A stretch of 64,000 bases of DNA from an uncultured Mageeibacillus sp. (GTDB taxonomy: Bacteria; Bacillota; Clostridia; Saccharofermentanales; UBA5734), in the NCBI GenBank assembly GCA_964528645.1, contig CAZGSR010000008.1:1024-65023 (forward strand), in the 5' to 3' direction. The notes beneath the pieces were generated by a model. The model searched no databases and was not told the DNA's origin. It saw only the letters and a list, made by a program, of their open reading frames with translations. Each line of letters starts with the position of its first letter. The first letter of the stretch is position 1. A program made the translations under genes and the position numbers. This document shows positions 28,801 through 37,654 of this stretch, piece after piece.

Positions 28801-31736
28801 GTTTCGCCTGTTTTCAAGTCCAGATAACTCATCGTGAACAAGGTGTCGGGTACCTCAAAGGTCTGGACATGTTTTTTCAGGGAGATCTCGGTGATTTCCT
28901 CCTCCATCTCCGCAAAGGCCTGGACATTTTCCCTGGCCCCTGCTGACCAGAGGGGCCATTCATTTTCGTAGAGGGTCGGATTATAGGAGAATGTTCCCTT
29001 GAAGGCCTGAGCTTCAAAGGCGATCTCCATATAAATGCCCAGTTCAAAATACAGGGCTCCCGAGCTTTTCGATTGTCGCCCCCAGGAAGTCGTATAACTT
29101 AATTCGTAATAGAAATAACCCCAGACCCGGACATAGGCGCCGACTTCCGCGCTGATGCCCAGACTGGCCAGCTTGGTCGAGAACACACCCACCTTGATCT
29201 CAAATTTGAGACCGGCCCGCAGCCCCATCGTACCCATGACATAGAAGGTGAATTCATAATGCTCTTCGACCAGGTCAATCGTTTCGGTGGTGCAGGTTTT
29301 TTGGAAAACTCCAATGGAGTAATTGTAGCGTTTGGCGTTTTCATAATAGAAATCACAGCCAATCGAAATATTCATGTTGGCTGTAATGACGAAATTGAGA
29401 TTGATTTCATACACCAGGATGTGGAACGGATCTACCGATCCCTCCTGTTCGAAAATCTTCTGGCTGAACAGCTCGACCCAGTCGCTTTCGTTCTCGAGCA
29501 TGGCGGCATATTTCTCATTCAAGCCATCGGCAACTGTTTGCTCATCGTCACCCATGTATTTATCCCTGGCGTCGAGAAGGTCCTTGATTTGCTTGGCCAG
29601 GTTCTCCCCGACATCATTGGTGTCAAGCTCTTCGTCTTTCTCCTTGGTCGCAATTGTCGCTTCAATGGCGATCCCCGTGTATTCGTACAAGTCAATATTG
29701 GCGTTCAAGCGGTACTCATCAATGTAGGGGAAAATGCCCCACCATTTCCAGACAGCACCACCGCTGGCATTGATGGAAACACGAACCTCCTGCTCAAAAT
29801 AACCTGTGACCCCGATAACGATTTCGCTTTCTTCGCCGGTGCTGATCTTAATTTCAATACCGATCTTCAAAGTCAAGCGCAAACCTTCCAAGCCTTCGAA
29901 GTGGACCAGTCTTTTGTTGATGGTTGCTTTGATTTCGGTGACTTCCACTTCGACCTTGCTACCAGACATCAGTTGCATGTCCCCAGGCGACAAGGGGGTG
30001 CCATCGTCCAGGACAATGTTGTAACCAGCCAGATCAAAGTCGCCCTTCAAGGTGGTGAATTCTTCGGTTTCCAAGGTCAGGGCAGCCAGATAAGTGGCCG
30101 CTTCTTCGGCAAATCCGCTCTCTCTGGCCTGCTGCTCGACGCTGTCTTCCAGATCGGACGGATCCACGCCTTCGAGTAATGTTTCGCCTGACACGCCTTT
30201 ATTGTCGTACAGATCCATCACAGAGCGCATGGTTTCCAGTGAGACAGCCTCGAAGTCCAGCGTATACCAGTCACCATCTGACTCTACCGACAGAATTCGA
30301 CCGTAGGTTGCCTGGCCGTCAGGAGAATTCATGGTTCCTGTATAAAAAGCCAGGAAATCGCCGACATCGACCGTGGTTTCATCATCCAGGCCCAGGACAG
30401 CGTAATCACCGCTGGCAAAGTCCAGGACAGCCTTTTCAACCTTGACGGAATCATTGTCAGGCTGGCCATCCTGGTCATCGTCCCGGTTCAGGGGCAGGAT
30501 ATCCGGCGTAAACAGGACATCCTGGGCTGCGGCATTGACAAACTGGCAGGTCTTGCCCTGGACAGCAGTGATCGTGATGTAGGCGACCTCTCCTTCGCCG
30601 CTCTCATCATTGATCGACCTCTCGTCTGGACGAACCCCTTTGTAAATGGCCACGGCCTGGCCGACAGCTAGATCTGAAAGATCGTAATCAAAACTGCCAC
30701 TTGTGAAATCGATGGTTCCCAGGTCTGTCGTAGCGAGTGGGATGGAAAGGGAATCTGACGCCTGGCCATCAACCATGAAGTTGCTGATCTCTTCAACTGA
30801 AATGTAGATAAGACCCGAATTGAGGGAAAGATTCAAGACTTCTGCTTTTTCGGTCGTGAAATTGAAGTCCCGGACAGACTGGCCGTAGCCGGCATAGCGC
30901 AACTGTTCATCTTCCAGAGTGAATTTATAGGTCGCACCGGTGGCAAAAAGGCCATCCCGGCCGGATACGACATACTGGGTTTCGTTTTCTTGTGACTGAA
31001 CGGTCAGTTCTGAGACGTCATAGAATCCTGTTTCGCTGGGATTATTGAGATTTTTACCATTGATCCCGGCCTTAACCTGGTCGATCGACAGGGCCTGTGG
31101 GGCAATCACAACAAATGTAAAATTCTGCGGCTGGTCCAGCTGGGTCGCAGCACGAGGCGTTTCAGATTCCGCCAGAGGCGCGGTATCCGTATACTGAGCA
31201 TAGAGCGTCAAGTTGCTTTGGATGACATGATTGTCTGAGACGCGATTGTTCCGGTCGGCGTCATAAAACCAGCCCAGGAAGATCGAGTCAGCCCGGTAAG
31301 GTATAGGAAGTCCTCCCAGCCGGGATCCTTCCCGCAACTGTATCGCCTCGAGGGGGGAGCCTCCATCTGTTTCAAAACGGATGGTGAAAATCCGGGTGGA
31401 GAGCTTCACGGCGCCTGAGCCAGGTCTGGCTGGCAGCAGGGGTTCGACAGGTGACGTGACATCATCCGGCTGTCCGAGTGGTGTTTTCTGTTCAGTGGGA
31501 ACAGAAGGGTTCTCCTCTGGGGCTTCGTCCGCAGCCGCAATACCAGGCTCCTGTCCTGACGATGGCTCACTGGCAGCTGGATCGATGGGTTGTGGGTTCA
31601 GGCTGCCCTGGTCCTGTGTCTCGCTAGATAAAATGGCAGGTGACCGACCTTGCTGCCATGGCTTGATCTGAATAATCGCAATTGCGGTCAAGCCAATGCA
31701 AATGGCCAGAATGACACTTAAAAACCGTTTACTCAT
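25296..31736 (-). CDS. Large membrane-anchored InlB-B/Flg_new-type repeat surface protein fused in frame to the C-terminal part of PhnJ
   Basis: N-terminal TM, FETDGGS...FLGWF and Y-x-V-x-H-Y repeats. The final ~182 aa are PhnJ sequence (LIQSRHRIPE...GAGREKKVYAVPP). Confidence 0.85.
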   Translation of the reverse strand: MSKRFLSVILAICIGLTAIAIIQIKPWQQGRSPAILSSETQDQGSLNPQPIDPAASEPSSGQEPGIAAADEAPEENPSVPTEQKTPLGQPDDVTSPVEPLLPARPGSGAVKLSTRIFTIRFETDGGSPLEAIQLREGSRLGGLPIPYRADSIFLGWFYDADRNNRVSDNHVIQSNLTLYAQYTDTAPLAESETPRAATQLDQPQNFTFVVIAPQALSIDQVKAGINGKNLNNPSETGFYDVSELTVQSQENETQYVVSGRDGLFATGATYKFTLEDEQLRYAGYGQSVRDFNFTTEKAEVLNLSLNSGLIYISVEEISNFMVDGQASDSLSIPLATTDLGTIDFTSGSFDYDLSDLAVGQAVAIYKGVRPDERSINDESGEGEVAYITITAVQGKTCQFVNAAAQDVLFTPDILPLNRDDDQDGQPDNDSVKVEKAVLDFASGDYAVLGLDDETTVDVGDFLAFYTGTMNSPDGQATYGRILSVESDGDWYTLDFEAVSLETMRSVMDLYDNKGVSGETLLEGVDPSDLEDSVEQQARESGFAEEAATYLAALTLETEEFTTLKGDFDLAGYNIVLDDGTPLSPGDMQLMSGSKVEVEVTEIKATINKRLVHFEGLEGLRLTLKIGIEIKISTGEESEIVIGVTGYFEQEVRVSINASGGAVWKWWGIFPYIDEYRLNANIDLYEYTGIAIEATIATKEKDEELDTNDVGENLAKQIKDLLDARDKYMGDDEQTVADGLNEKYAAMLENESDWVELFSQKIFEQEGSVDPFHILVYEINLNFVITANMNISIGCDFYYENAKRYNYSIGVFQKTCTTETIDLVEEHYEFTFYVMGTMGLRAGLKFEIKVGVFSTKLASLGISAEVGAYVRVWGYFYYELSYTTSWGRQSKSSGALYFELGIYMEIAFEAQAFKGTFSYNPTLYENEWPLWSAGARENVQAFAEMEEEITEISLKKHVQTFEVPDTLFTMSYLDLKTGETGEGFYDDAKSFKIEITNEAFSYDPQTNLLKLTPDGDQSETADLVITWIQAPLVFTSEPIQRTIQLYWDNYNDGYAIVFHSRGGSAVPMILKPFNATVVAPADPVYPGYDFGGWFLDEALTRPYQIPETMPNEDVQVYAKWIPRPDTSYRVDHYQQNLSNSLYTLVESEQLTGTTDSMVQPAVKDYPGFAAPALKAITVQADGRAVQSYYYSRNRYQLTFAQGIQNDQEDWVYSLKYGESITVPQVTAAGFDFIDWGETAIPETMPAANLLYTARWSPGKNTPYRVEHYIQNTTGPGYALQTAEYLTGETGSEITLADLGLKANGITYQTGTVNGKTVATTTIAKTGKLVIKLYYNRETYSFITFLDSGQTVEATYRFEALVSEPAIPAKTGYTFSGWYVDESMQNRASFAGLQMPAADLTLYGRMIANPDTAYQVEHYVEQTDGAFTLQKAVQQKGKTDTKVQVSGLVDESLLIPGGISFRDGRIDGKIVDELTIKGDGSVVIKLYYARSSYLLTFVLNNGEDPVKQVLPYLSAVTAPAELKKDGYVFSGWDRPLAASILNEDLTYTAQWVARTDTAYTVKHVRQNLDDTYPATGSLVEQETLTGTTLHATEATSKSYPGFTAEEIAQSEIAPDGSTVVTIRYARNRHDVIWKTDAKTMFATTAFRYGEVITAPVPAPEKQGYVLAAWAGLIAGSTLPDEDLSYTAQWQPATDTAYAVRHLREALDGTDPIEENETLAGTTASLTTAKAKSYPGFTADPVSQSVIAADGSTVITITYKRNTYTLNWLSEGVLFKTEQLKFESDVTIPDTEPVKKGYHLTGWGDVAKTMPASDISYSASFAGNSYLVTYDLNGGSGDSIEISQTFGSPYELPESDPERQGYAFTGWFTTRTSGDRIDSNKLMLTDSDQVLYAHWMAGTNTLYTVKHYQQNLTGDSYTLKDTESLNGVTDGQTMATAKTYTGFSAKPITQEAILGDGTTVISVYYTRTLIQSRHRIPETPLQENQILVLQVPLPEPLRAFEPSELKTRRLHAEKEYSGAWLMLFEEIVKFGRMTTGADHPVQVESAYVMAPSPIPRFDNLKLADNKALLLFGAGREKKVYAVPPHTRVQSLAFEDHPFEPERFESVSCRLCGATGVFMDEILDDQSGQTVHQCNDTNHCLARLNSRGQA

Positions 31737-31816
31737 ACCCGACTCCCCACCAGATCGCGATCTGTTTCAACCATGAATCCACAGGCAAACAGATACGTCC
31801 ATTTTCATCTAACGCT

Positions 31817-31882
31817 ACTTTATCAAACGATAGGCGCAACAGATTTTTTTGGGGGAATTGCTATAAATTCAGGGGAAATTGC
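31817..31882 (-). promoter_or_regulatory. Candidate LytTR-activated promoter of the surface-protein gene
   Basis: GCAATTTCCCC / GCAATTCCCCC direct repeat (21-bp period), then 28 nt, then extended -10 TG-A-TAAAGT. Confidence 0.6.
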
Positions 31883-31927
31883 CAAGTGCGAAAATATGAA
31901 TAACCCTCAACAGTCGTTGCTCACAGG

Positions 31928-33244
31928 TCAAGATATCCTGTATGTCTCATTCAGTACTATTTGCGCGATAAACTGACCATCCACGGCCATGAAGCCCGCT
32001 GTTCCATCATACCGCTCGGCGGTATAGAGGATGCTTCTGGTTCCTGTCCCGCCACCGATTTTATTCGTTACTGGCAGTTCACCCTCAAAAGGGATATCGG
32101 TATCGCAAGTATTCTCAACCCTCACCCGCAAGCGATGATCCAGGTAGATTGCTTTGACCATGATTTCTTTTTCTTGATCCTTGGGTAATCTTAAACAGGC
32201 TTCAAGTGCATTCTCTAATGCATTCCCGAGAATACACGTCAAATCAACAGGATCGATGCCAATATTGTCAGGGATGTTCACATCAAAACTGGTTTTGATG
32301 TTTTCACTTTCAGCCTGGTTGGCATAATGATTCATGATGCTGTTGGCGATGGGATTGATGCAATAGGTCTTGCTGTTCTGCACATCGATGGTCGAGTCAA
32401 AGCTTCTCATATAAAGCTGAAGCTTCTCGATCTCTCCGCTTCGCAGCAATCCCATTACGACCGTATTGTGATGATGCAGATCGTGCCGCTGCTGGGCTGC
32501 CAGTATGGCTGTTTCCTTTTGGCGAAGCAGTTCCGCTTCCCATAATTTTTCCTGTTGGGCCATGAGCAGCTGACGCTTTTCCAAAGCATATTTTTCTACA
32601 ATCTCATTGGCTTGAATATACAAGTGATAATAGACTGCCATGAATAACACGTACACCGTCACAATGATGACTCTTGACCAGGCATTCAGTGGCCAATGCC
32701 AGTAGGCCTGCGGATAGTACAGCACCACAATTTGCAGGATTAAAAAAACGAACGGAACCAGGAATGCCGTTTTCCACTCTTGGTCCAACATCTCAACCAA
32801 ATTTCGAAACCGCGGTCGAACGAACTTGAATAAGAACGGAATAATCAGCAGATAAATGGTCGTCCTTGTCACAATAAGCATGGCGACAGCGGCATTCCCT
32901 TCCAAGCCAACGGTCAATGTGTCACCGAAAAAACCAATGGAAACATAGACATTGACAAAGGTCAAAAAGCTGAATAAAGACACAAAAAAACGGTCACCGG
33001 AACAAATCAAAAACCAGGATAGTTCTATCCCTAAAATGAAAAGGACCGCAACGCGCTCCACTGAAGCAGCCCCCAGAGAATAGAGGAGATACGACAGAAG
33101 ACAGATACCCAGAACCATGACGATCAGCCCCATGACGATCCGTCTTCTGATGGGCTCTTTCATCAATATCACGGAGGAAGAGATCAAAGTAAATCCTAAT
33201 ACGGATTGCAGGAAAGATGAAAACGCCAAGACATAGTACAGCAC
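31928..33244 (-). CDS. Membrane GHKL sensor histidine kinase (AgrC/LytS-like)
   Basis: Multiple TMs, QQRHDLHHH phospho-His motif, ILGNALENALEA, GGGTG. Confidence 0.9.
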   Translation of the reverse strand: MLYYVLAFSSFLQSVLGFTLISSSVILMKEPIRRRIVMGLIVMVLGICLLSYLLYSLGAASVERVAVLFILGIELSWFLICSGDRFFVSLFSFLTFVNVYVSIGFFGDTLTVGLEGNAAVAMLIVTRTTIYLLIIPFLFKFVRPRFRNLVEMLDQEWKTAFLVPFVFLILQIVVLYYPQAYWHWPLNAWSRVIIVTVYVLFMAVYYHLYIQANEIVEKYALEKRQLLMAQQEKLWEAELLRQKETAILAAQQRHDLHHHNTVVMGLLRSGEIEKLQLYMRSFDSTIDVQNSKTYCINPIANSIMNHYANQAESENIKTSFDVNIPDNIGIDPVDLTCILGNALENALEACLRLPKDQEKEIMVKAIYLDHRLRVRVENTCDTDIPFEGELPVTNKIGGGTGTRSILYTAERYDGTAGFMAVDGQFIAQIVLNETYRIS

Positions 33245-33267
33245 ATCTGCTTCCTCCTCAGTTTTTT

Positions 33268-33332
33268 AGTCTAACACATCACTTTAATCGAAGAATGTCT
33301 TGGGGTAGATGCCGTCTTTTCGGGGGCAATTG
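33268..33332 (-). promoter_or_regulatory. Candidate LytTR-activated promoter of the kinase gene
   Basis: GCAATTGCCCC / GCATCTACCCC repeat (20-bp period), then 28 nt, then extended -10 TG-T-TAGACT; strong RBS GAGGAGG. Confidence 0.5.
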
Positions 33333-33336
33333 CCAA

Positions 33337-34071
33337 TTACCGCTCTGAGGCCAGCTGAAACGATAAAAACGCTTCCTTAAGCTTCTGATAAGCCCGATAC
33401 GGATAGGGGATCTGTTCACCCGTATCAAACACGATGAGCGCCTTCGTGATTTGCCGGACATACTTTAAATTCAAATTGACCGAGACACCACATCTCACGA
33501 AAAATTTGGCAGGGGCCAAAAGCTCGAACAGTTCCGCTGATGTCATGCGCACTTCAATTTTCTCTTTGTTGACCAAATGAATGATTTGGTAGTTATTTCT
33601 GCCGGATTCGGTAAAAACCACATTTCTTGTATAAAGGCGCAGCATTCCCTCTTTGGTTTTAACGGTAATGAAATGGCGGCGCTCGACATTCAATCGGTTA
33701 AAAACCTTGTCCAAAGCCAGGAAAAGTGTGCGATCTGAATATGGCTTGGTTATATATTGGCAAGCATCGACTGCAAAAGCCTCCAATGCCTGATCGCGAG
33801 AGCTGGTCAGAAAGATGATTTCGCCCTTGTCGCCCAGTTGTCGCAGTTGCCTGGCTGCTTGTGTGCCCGAAATTCCAGACATATAAATATCGAGGAGATA
33901 AATATCAAATCCGCCATGAGCTTCGACAAAAGAGATCATCTCTAAAGATGAGACAAAAGACGTGACCTTGCAGTCGATGTATGAATGTTCCTGTTGATAT
34001 TGAGCAAGAATACCTTGGATCAGATCGAGTTGTTTTTGATCATCGTCACAGATGGCAATGTTAATCATCAT
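33337..34071 (-). CDS. LytTR-family response regulator
   Basis: IAICDDD, LLDIYM and YITKP receiver motifs; C-terminal LytTR domain. Confidence 0.92.
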   Translation of the reverse strand: MMINIAICDDDQKQLDLIQGILAQYQQEHSYIDCKVTSFVSSLEMISFVEAHGGFDIYLLDIYMSGISGTQAARQLRQLGDKGEIIFLTSSRDQALEAFAVDACQYITKPYSDRTLFLALDKVFNRLNVERRHFITVKTKEGMLRLYTRNVVFTESGRNNYQIIHLVNKEKIEVRMTSAELFELLAPAKFFVRCGVSVNLNLKYVRQITKALIVFDTGEQIPYPYRAYQKLKEAFLSFQLASER

Positions 34072-34213
34072 GATGCCTTTACCATAAATGCTCAGCTTAC
34101 TTCGGACTGGGTTGACAGGCCAAATAGAGTATCGATCCTATTTTAACATTCATTGATGCTTTCCCCACTCTATCGGCATGGATAAATCACAGATCAATAT
34201 CTATAAATTGCTG

Positions 34214-34242
34214 TTGCAATATATAAAAAGTTCTGCTATGCT
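34214..34242 (+). promoter_or_regulatory. Sigma70 promoter of the zinc-ribbon gene
   Basis: TTGCAA-17-TATGCT with extended TG. Confidence 0.7.
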
Positions 34243-34248
34243 TCTAAT

Positions 34249-34446
34249 CACGCACCGGACTAAGACAGTCCGCTCGAAAAGAGACCGCAAGGTCTTGCCT
34301 GATCGCTAGGGAATGGTAACGCTGTGGGGGCCACAGCCGGTAGGACTCCTGGAGCACATCGTTTCGGGGGTTTTTTCTTGCCAAGGGGCGCACATTCAAA
34401 TCTGGCGATCGATCACGGCGCCACAAAAAGTAAAGGAAACACACAC
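34249..34446 (+). ncRNA. Candidate structured 5' leader RNA (~200 nt)
   Basis: Successive hairpins CGGAC/GTCCG, GAGACC-GCAA-GGTCTT (GNRA loop), GCTGTGG/CCACAGC and TGGCG/CGCCA between promoter and start codon. Confidence 0.4.
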
Positions 34447-34770
34447 ATGGACAAATCACTCTCATGCAAAGACTGCGGCGCTACCTTCGTCTTCACCGAA
34501 AGCGAACAGGCTTTCTACGCTGAAAAAGGCTTCACCAATGAGCCGACCCGTTGCCCGGACTGCCGCGCAGCCCGCAAGCAGAACCGTAACAATGATCGCG
34601 GCGGCAGCCGTGGTGGCTACGGAAACGGCGGCAACTTCCGTTCCGAACAGCGCGAAATGTTCCCGGCCGTCTGCGCCGCCTGTGGCAAGGAGACCATGGT
34701 CCCCTTCCGTCCGAGCAACGACAAGCCCGTCTTCTGCCGCGACTGCTTCAAGCCCCGCAGCCGCTTCTAA
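34447..34770 (+). CDS. Double zinc-ribbon (CxxC-x17-CxxC) protein
   Basis: CKDCG...CPDCR, an RGG-rich linker, CAACG...CRDCF; start MDKSLS at 34447. Confidence 0.88.
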   Translation: MDKSLSCKDCGATFVFTESEQAFYAEKGFTNEPTRCPDCRAARKQNRNNDRGGSRGGYGNGGNFRSEQREMFPAVCAACGKETMVPFRPSNDKPVFCRDCFKPRSRF

Positions 34771-34799
34771 TCTACCAACAGTAATTTAAGTATCTAACA

Positions 34800-34841
34800 A
34801 AACCCCAGTGGTCGGAGTCACATCCAGCCGCTGGGGTTTTC
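34800..34841. terminator. Bidirectional terminator between convergent genes
   Basis: AAAACCCCAG...CTGGGGTTTT. Confidence 0.7.
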
Positions 34842-34886
34842 CATATCAGGCAGTCTTGCTGCATGCAGGAGCTACAGAACCATTGA

Positions 34887-36161
34887 TCACCCCTCCGGCT
34901 GCAAGTCCTTCCGCGCGAGCACTTTCGAGGTTACGACCACAACCGCCAGGATCAGGAACAAAAGCATGTTCAAGGCGAATGGCAAACGCCGGTCGAGGGC
35001 GGACAGGTAGCCCAGAATCGAGCCAAAGGGCGAGGAGACGGCAATCATGATCACGTAGATCAGGCTCATGACCCGGGCCCGGTCTTCCTTGTCATAAAAG
35101 ACTGCGCCCAACGCGTCTCGTCGCGGAACGACCAGGGCAAAGGCGACTGCCTCCAGCAACGTGTAGGCGATGACCAGCAGCTGGTTATCCGGACGCGACA
35201 AGAGCAGGAAGACATGGCTGGCCAGATAGATACCAAAGCCAGCCAGAAAGACGGACCGGTAATGCAGGCGATTGGTCAATGGCTGGAGAATGAACATGAA
35301 CAGCAGCATGATCACGGCCCGGCCGATCGGGAAGAGCGCGACGTATTTCTCTGGGATCCCAACATCCAGGGTGATGTAGAGGGCAAAAAAATTGGTGATC
35401 GAAATAGACGTGATGTTGAGGACGACCGAGATGACGAGAGCCAGGCGCATTTCCCGGGACCGGATCACTTTGCCAAACACCTTTTGATAGCCAAACAGCA
35501 GGGATATCAAGGACTGGTGCTTTGTTTCTGCTAACCTTTTCGTTCCCTGGGATGTTTCTGTGCTCCAGACATACAAGATGACAAACTTGGCTGTCATGAG
35601 GACAAAGGCCAGGAAATACAGGGCCCGGACGGTCGGCACCAGTGAATATCGATCGACCAGCAAGGTTGATATGGGCGCAAAAAAGACGGCCAGAAGGCCG
35701 GCGATATTGACCCAGGTGTAGATATTGACCAGAAGCTGCGGTGGAGTATCCTCAACCAGCAAACACTGCCAGGACGTATTGGTGATGTGCCACAAGCTGT
35801 TGAAAATGGCCGCGGCCAGGAACCACCAGAAATTCTGAGCCAGCATCCAGATCAAGGTCGGCATACTCCATGCAATGAGATCGACAAAAAAGGTCACCTT
35901 TCGGCGGCCAAATTTATCAGTAACGATCCCACCCATGGCGGCCGTGAAGACCTGGAGGACCATGCCGATCGTCAGGATCAGGCCGATCTGCTGGTCCTTG
36001 ACGCCCAAGGCATACATATAGAGCGTGATGAACGGGGCATACAGATTGTAAGGAATGCCCCAGAGGGGTTCTGTGAACAGGCAGGACCGGGCATTACCCT
36101 TGACTTGGTGCAAGGTAGCGATCAAAGGGTGTTTGTAGAGTTGATTCATTTTGGAGACCAT
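34887..36161 (-). CDS. MFS transporter
   Basis: About 12 TM segments; GGIVTDKFGRRK motif A. Confidence 0.9.
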   Translation of the reverse strand: MVSKMNQLYKHPLIATLHQVKGNARSCLFTEPLWGIPYNLYAPFITLYMYALGVKDQQIGLILTIGMVLQVFTAAMGGIVTDKFGRRKVTFFVDLIAWSMPTLIWMLAQNFWWFLAAAIFNSLWHITNTSWQCLLVEDTPPQLLVNIYTWVNIAGLLAVFFAPISTLLVDRYSLVPTVRALYFLAFVLMTAKFVILYVWSTETSQGTKRLAETKHQSLISLLFGYQKVFGKVIRSREMRLALVISVVLNITSISITNFFALYITLDVGIPEKYVALFPIGRAVIMLLFMFILQPLTNRLHYRSVFLAGFGIYLASHVFLLLSRPDNQLLVIAYTLLEAVAFALVVPRRDALGAVFYDKEDRARVMSLIYVIMIAVSSPFGSILGYLSALDRRLPFALNMLLFLILAVVVVTSKVLARKDLQPEG

Positions 36162-36228
36162 CCTTGTTGCTATCAGGTGCTATGATAGCCCAAAAACGAA
36201 TCAGTTAACAGATGCTGGTGCATTTTGA

Positions 36229-37491
36229 TCACGCATAAGCGACAACCTGGTTTCGACCTTGCTTTTTGGCCTGGTACAGCGCCTTGTCTGCCCGGTCAAA
36301 AGCCTTGTCAAATGTATCTGCTGAGTCCTGATGTAGCTCCGTGATTCCCAGGCTGGCCGTCACTTGCACCTTTTCTGCAAGATCAGCACCAGTGGGTTTG
36401 AAGGCAAATTCAAGCTCCGAAACATGCAAGCGCAAGGATTCGGCCAGGTCACTCAAATCATCACTCTGGCGGTGAGCCAAGATCAGCAGGAATTCTTCAC
36501 CGCCCCAGCGCACCGCCATACTGGGCCCTGGACTATGATAAGCCAGGATTTCCCCGACACGCTGCAGGACAGTGTCGCCAAAAGCGTGACCATAGGTGTC
36601 ATTGATTTTTTTAAAATGGTCAAGGTCGACCAGGATCAGGCCAATGTGGCGGCCTGTTGCTGCTTGCGTGCTGGTAAAAGCGGCGATGCGTGACGTCATC
36701 TCGGACCGGTTGACCAAGCCTGTCAGTGGATCATGCGCAGACAGGTGTTCCAACCGTTCATTGGCGGCTCTCAACAAGAGGGTACGGGACATAAGCCGCA
36801 CTTGGTGTTCGTAAACTTGGCGGGAAATGACCAATGCCGCCAAAAACAGAATGGTCCCTTCGATGGTGTTGTGGGTCAGGCTTTCGGTCAGGATCCGGCG
36901 TTCCCAGAGCACCATCAGATAAGCCGCGTAGGGTATTGTAAAAGCCAGGAAATTGAATGGTGAACGAAGCAGGAAAAAAACACTGGCCAGGATCATCTTG
37001 AGAAAATAGAAACTGACATCTGTGGATGTATAGCCCTGGATCCTGTCAGAAACGTTCAAAATCAGCATGACAATGATAATCAGCATCGCTGCAACCAAGT
37101 CATGGATATGCCCCGTTGCCGGCTTTTTGCTTTTTAACCAGATGGTTGTCAGGACGGCAATCAGCACCGCAACTGATCCGATCAGGAGGTGCATCCGCAG
37201 ATAATCCAGGCTAACCGTCCGTGACATGATCTGGCCGCTTCTGTAATGGGGCAAATCGTGGGCGAAGATCCATATCAGTTCGACAAAAATAAAGAGGAGG
37301 GCAAATATCCGGAACCGCTGGTAGTTGGTCTGCCGGATCTCTTCCCTGATTTTATGGATATCCCGTGCAGAAAGCTGCTTATCATAAGGTTCATTCAACA
37401 GAACGAGCGCAAAAAAATTCAGCTGGTTCCAATGGGTCAGCCGATGGGAGGATTTCTCTGGTCCAAGGTCAGCGCTCTTCCTTTGCACCAT
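36229..37491 (-). CDS. Membrane-bound GGDEF diguanylate cyclase
   Basis: HDPLTGLVNR, DLDHFKKINDTYGH, RWGGEEF. Confidence 0.92.
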   Translation of the reverse strand: MVQRKSADLGPEKSSHRLTHWNQLNFFALVLLNEPYDKQLSARDIHKIREEIRQTNYQRFRIFALLFIFVELIWIFAHDLPHYRSGQIMSRTVSLDYLRMHLLIGSVAVLIAVLTTIWLKSKKPATGHIHDLVAAMLIIIVMLILNVSDRIQGYTSTDVSFYFLKMILASVFFLLRSPFNFLAFTIPYAAYLMVLWERRILTESLTHNTIEGTILFLAALVISRQVYEHQVRLMSRTLLLRAANERLEHLSAHDPLTGLVNRSEMTSRIAAFTSTQAATGRHIGLILVDLDHFKKINDTYGHAFGDTVLQRVGEILAYHSPGPSMAVRWGGEEFLLILAHRQSDDLSDLAESLRLHVSELEFAFKPTGADLAEKVQVTASLGITELHQDSADTFDKAFDRADKALYQAKKQGRNQVVAYA

Positions 37492-37654
37492 GTATCAATC
37501 CCTGTGCGATGCAGCCTTTGCGAAGACGTACAAATAGATTTGCATGAAACAGAAAGCACACTTATTGTAACGAAATCGACTCTGTAAAACCATATCTTCA
37601 GGTAAAATGACCTTGAAAACAGACAATCAAGGTACATCTGGCGGGAGGAAAACG

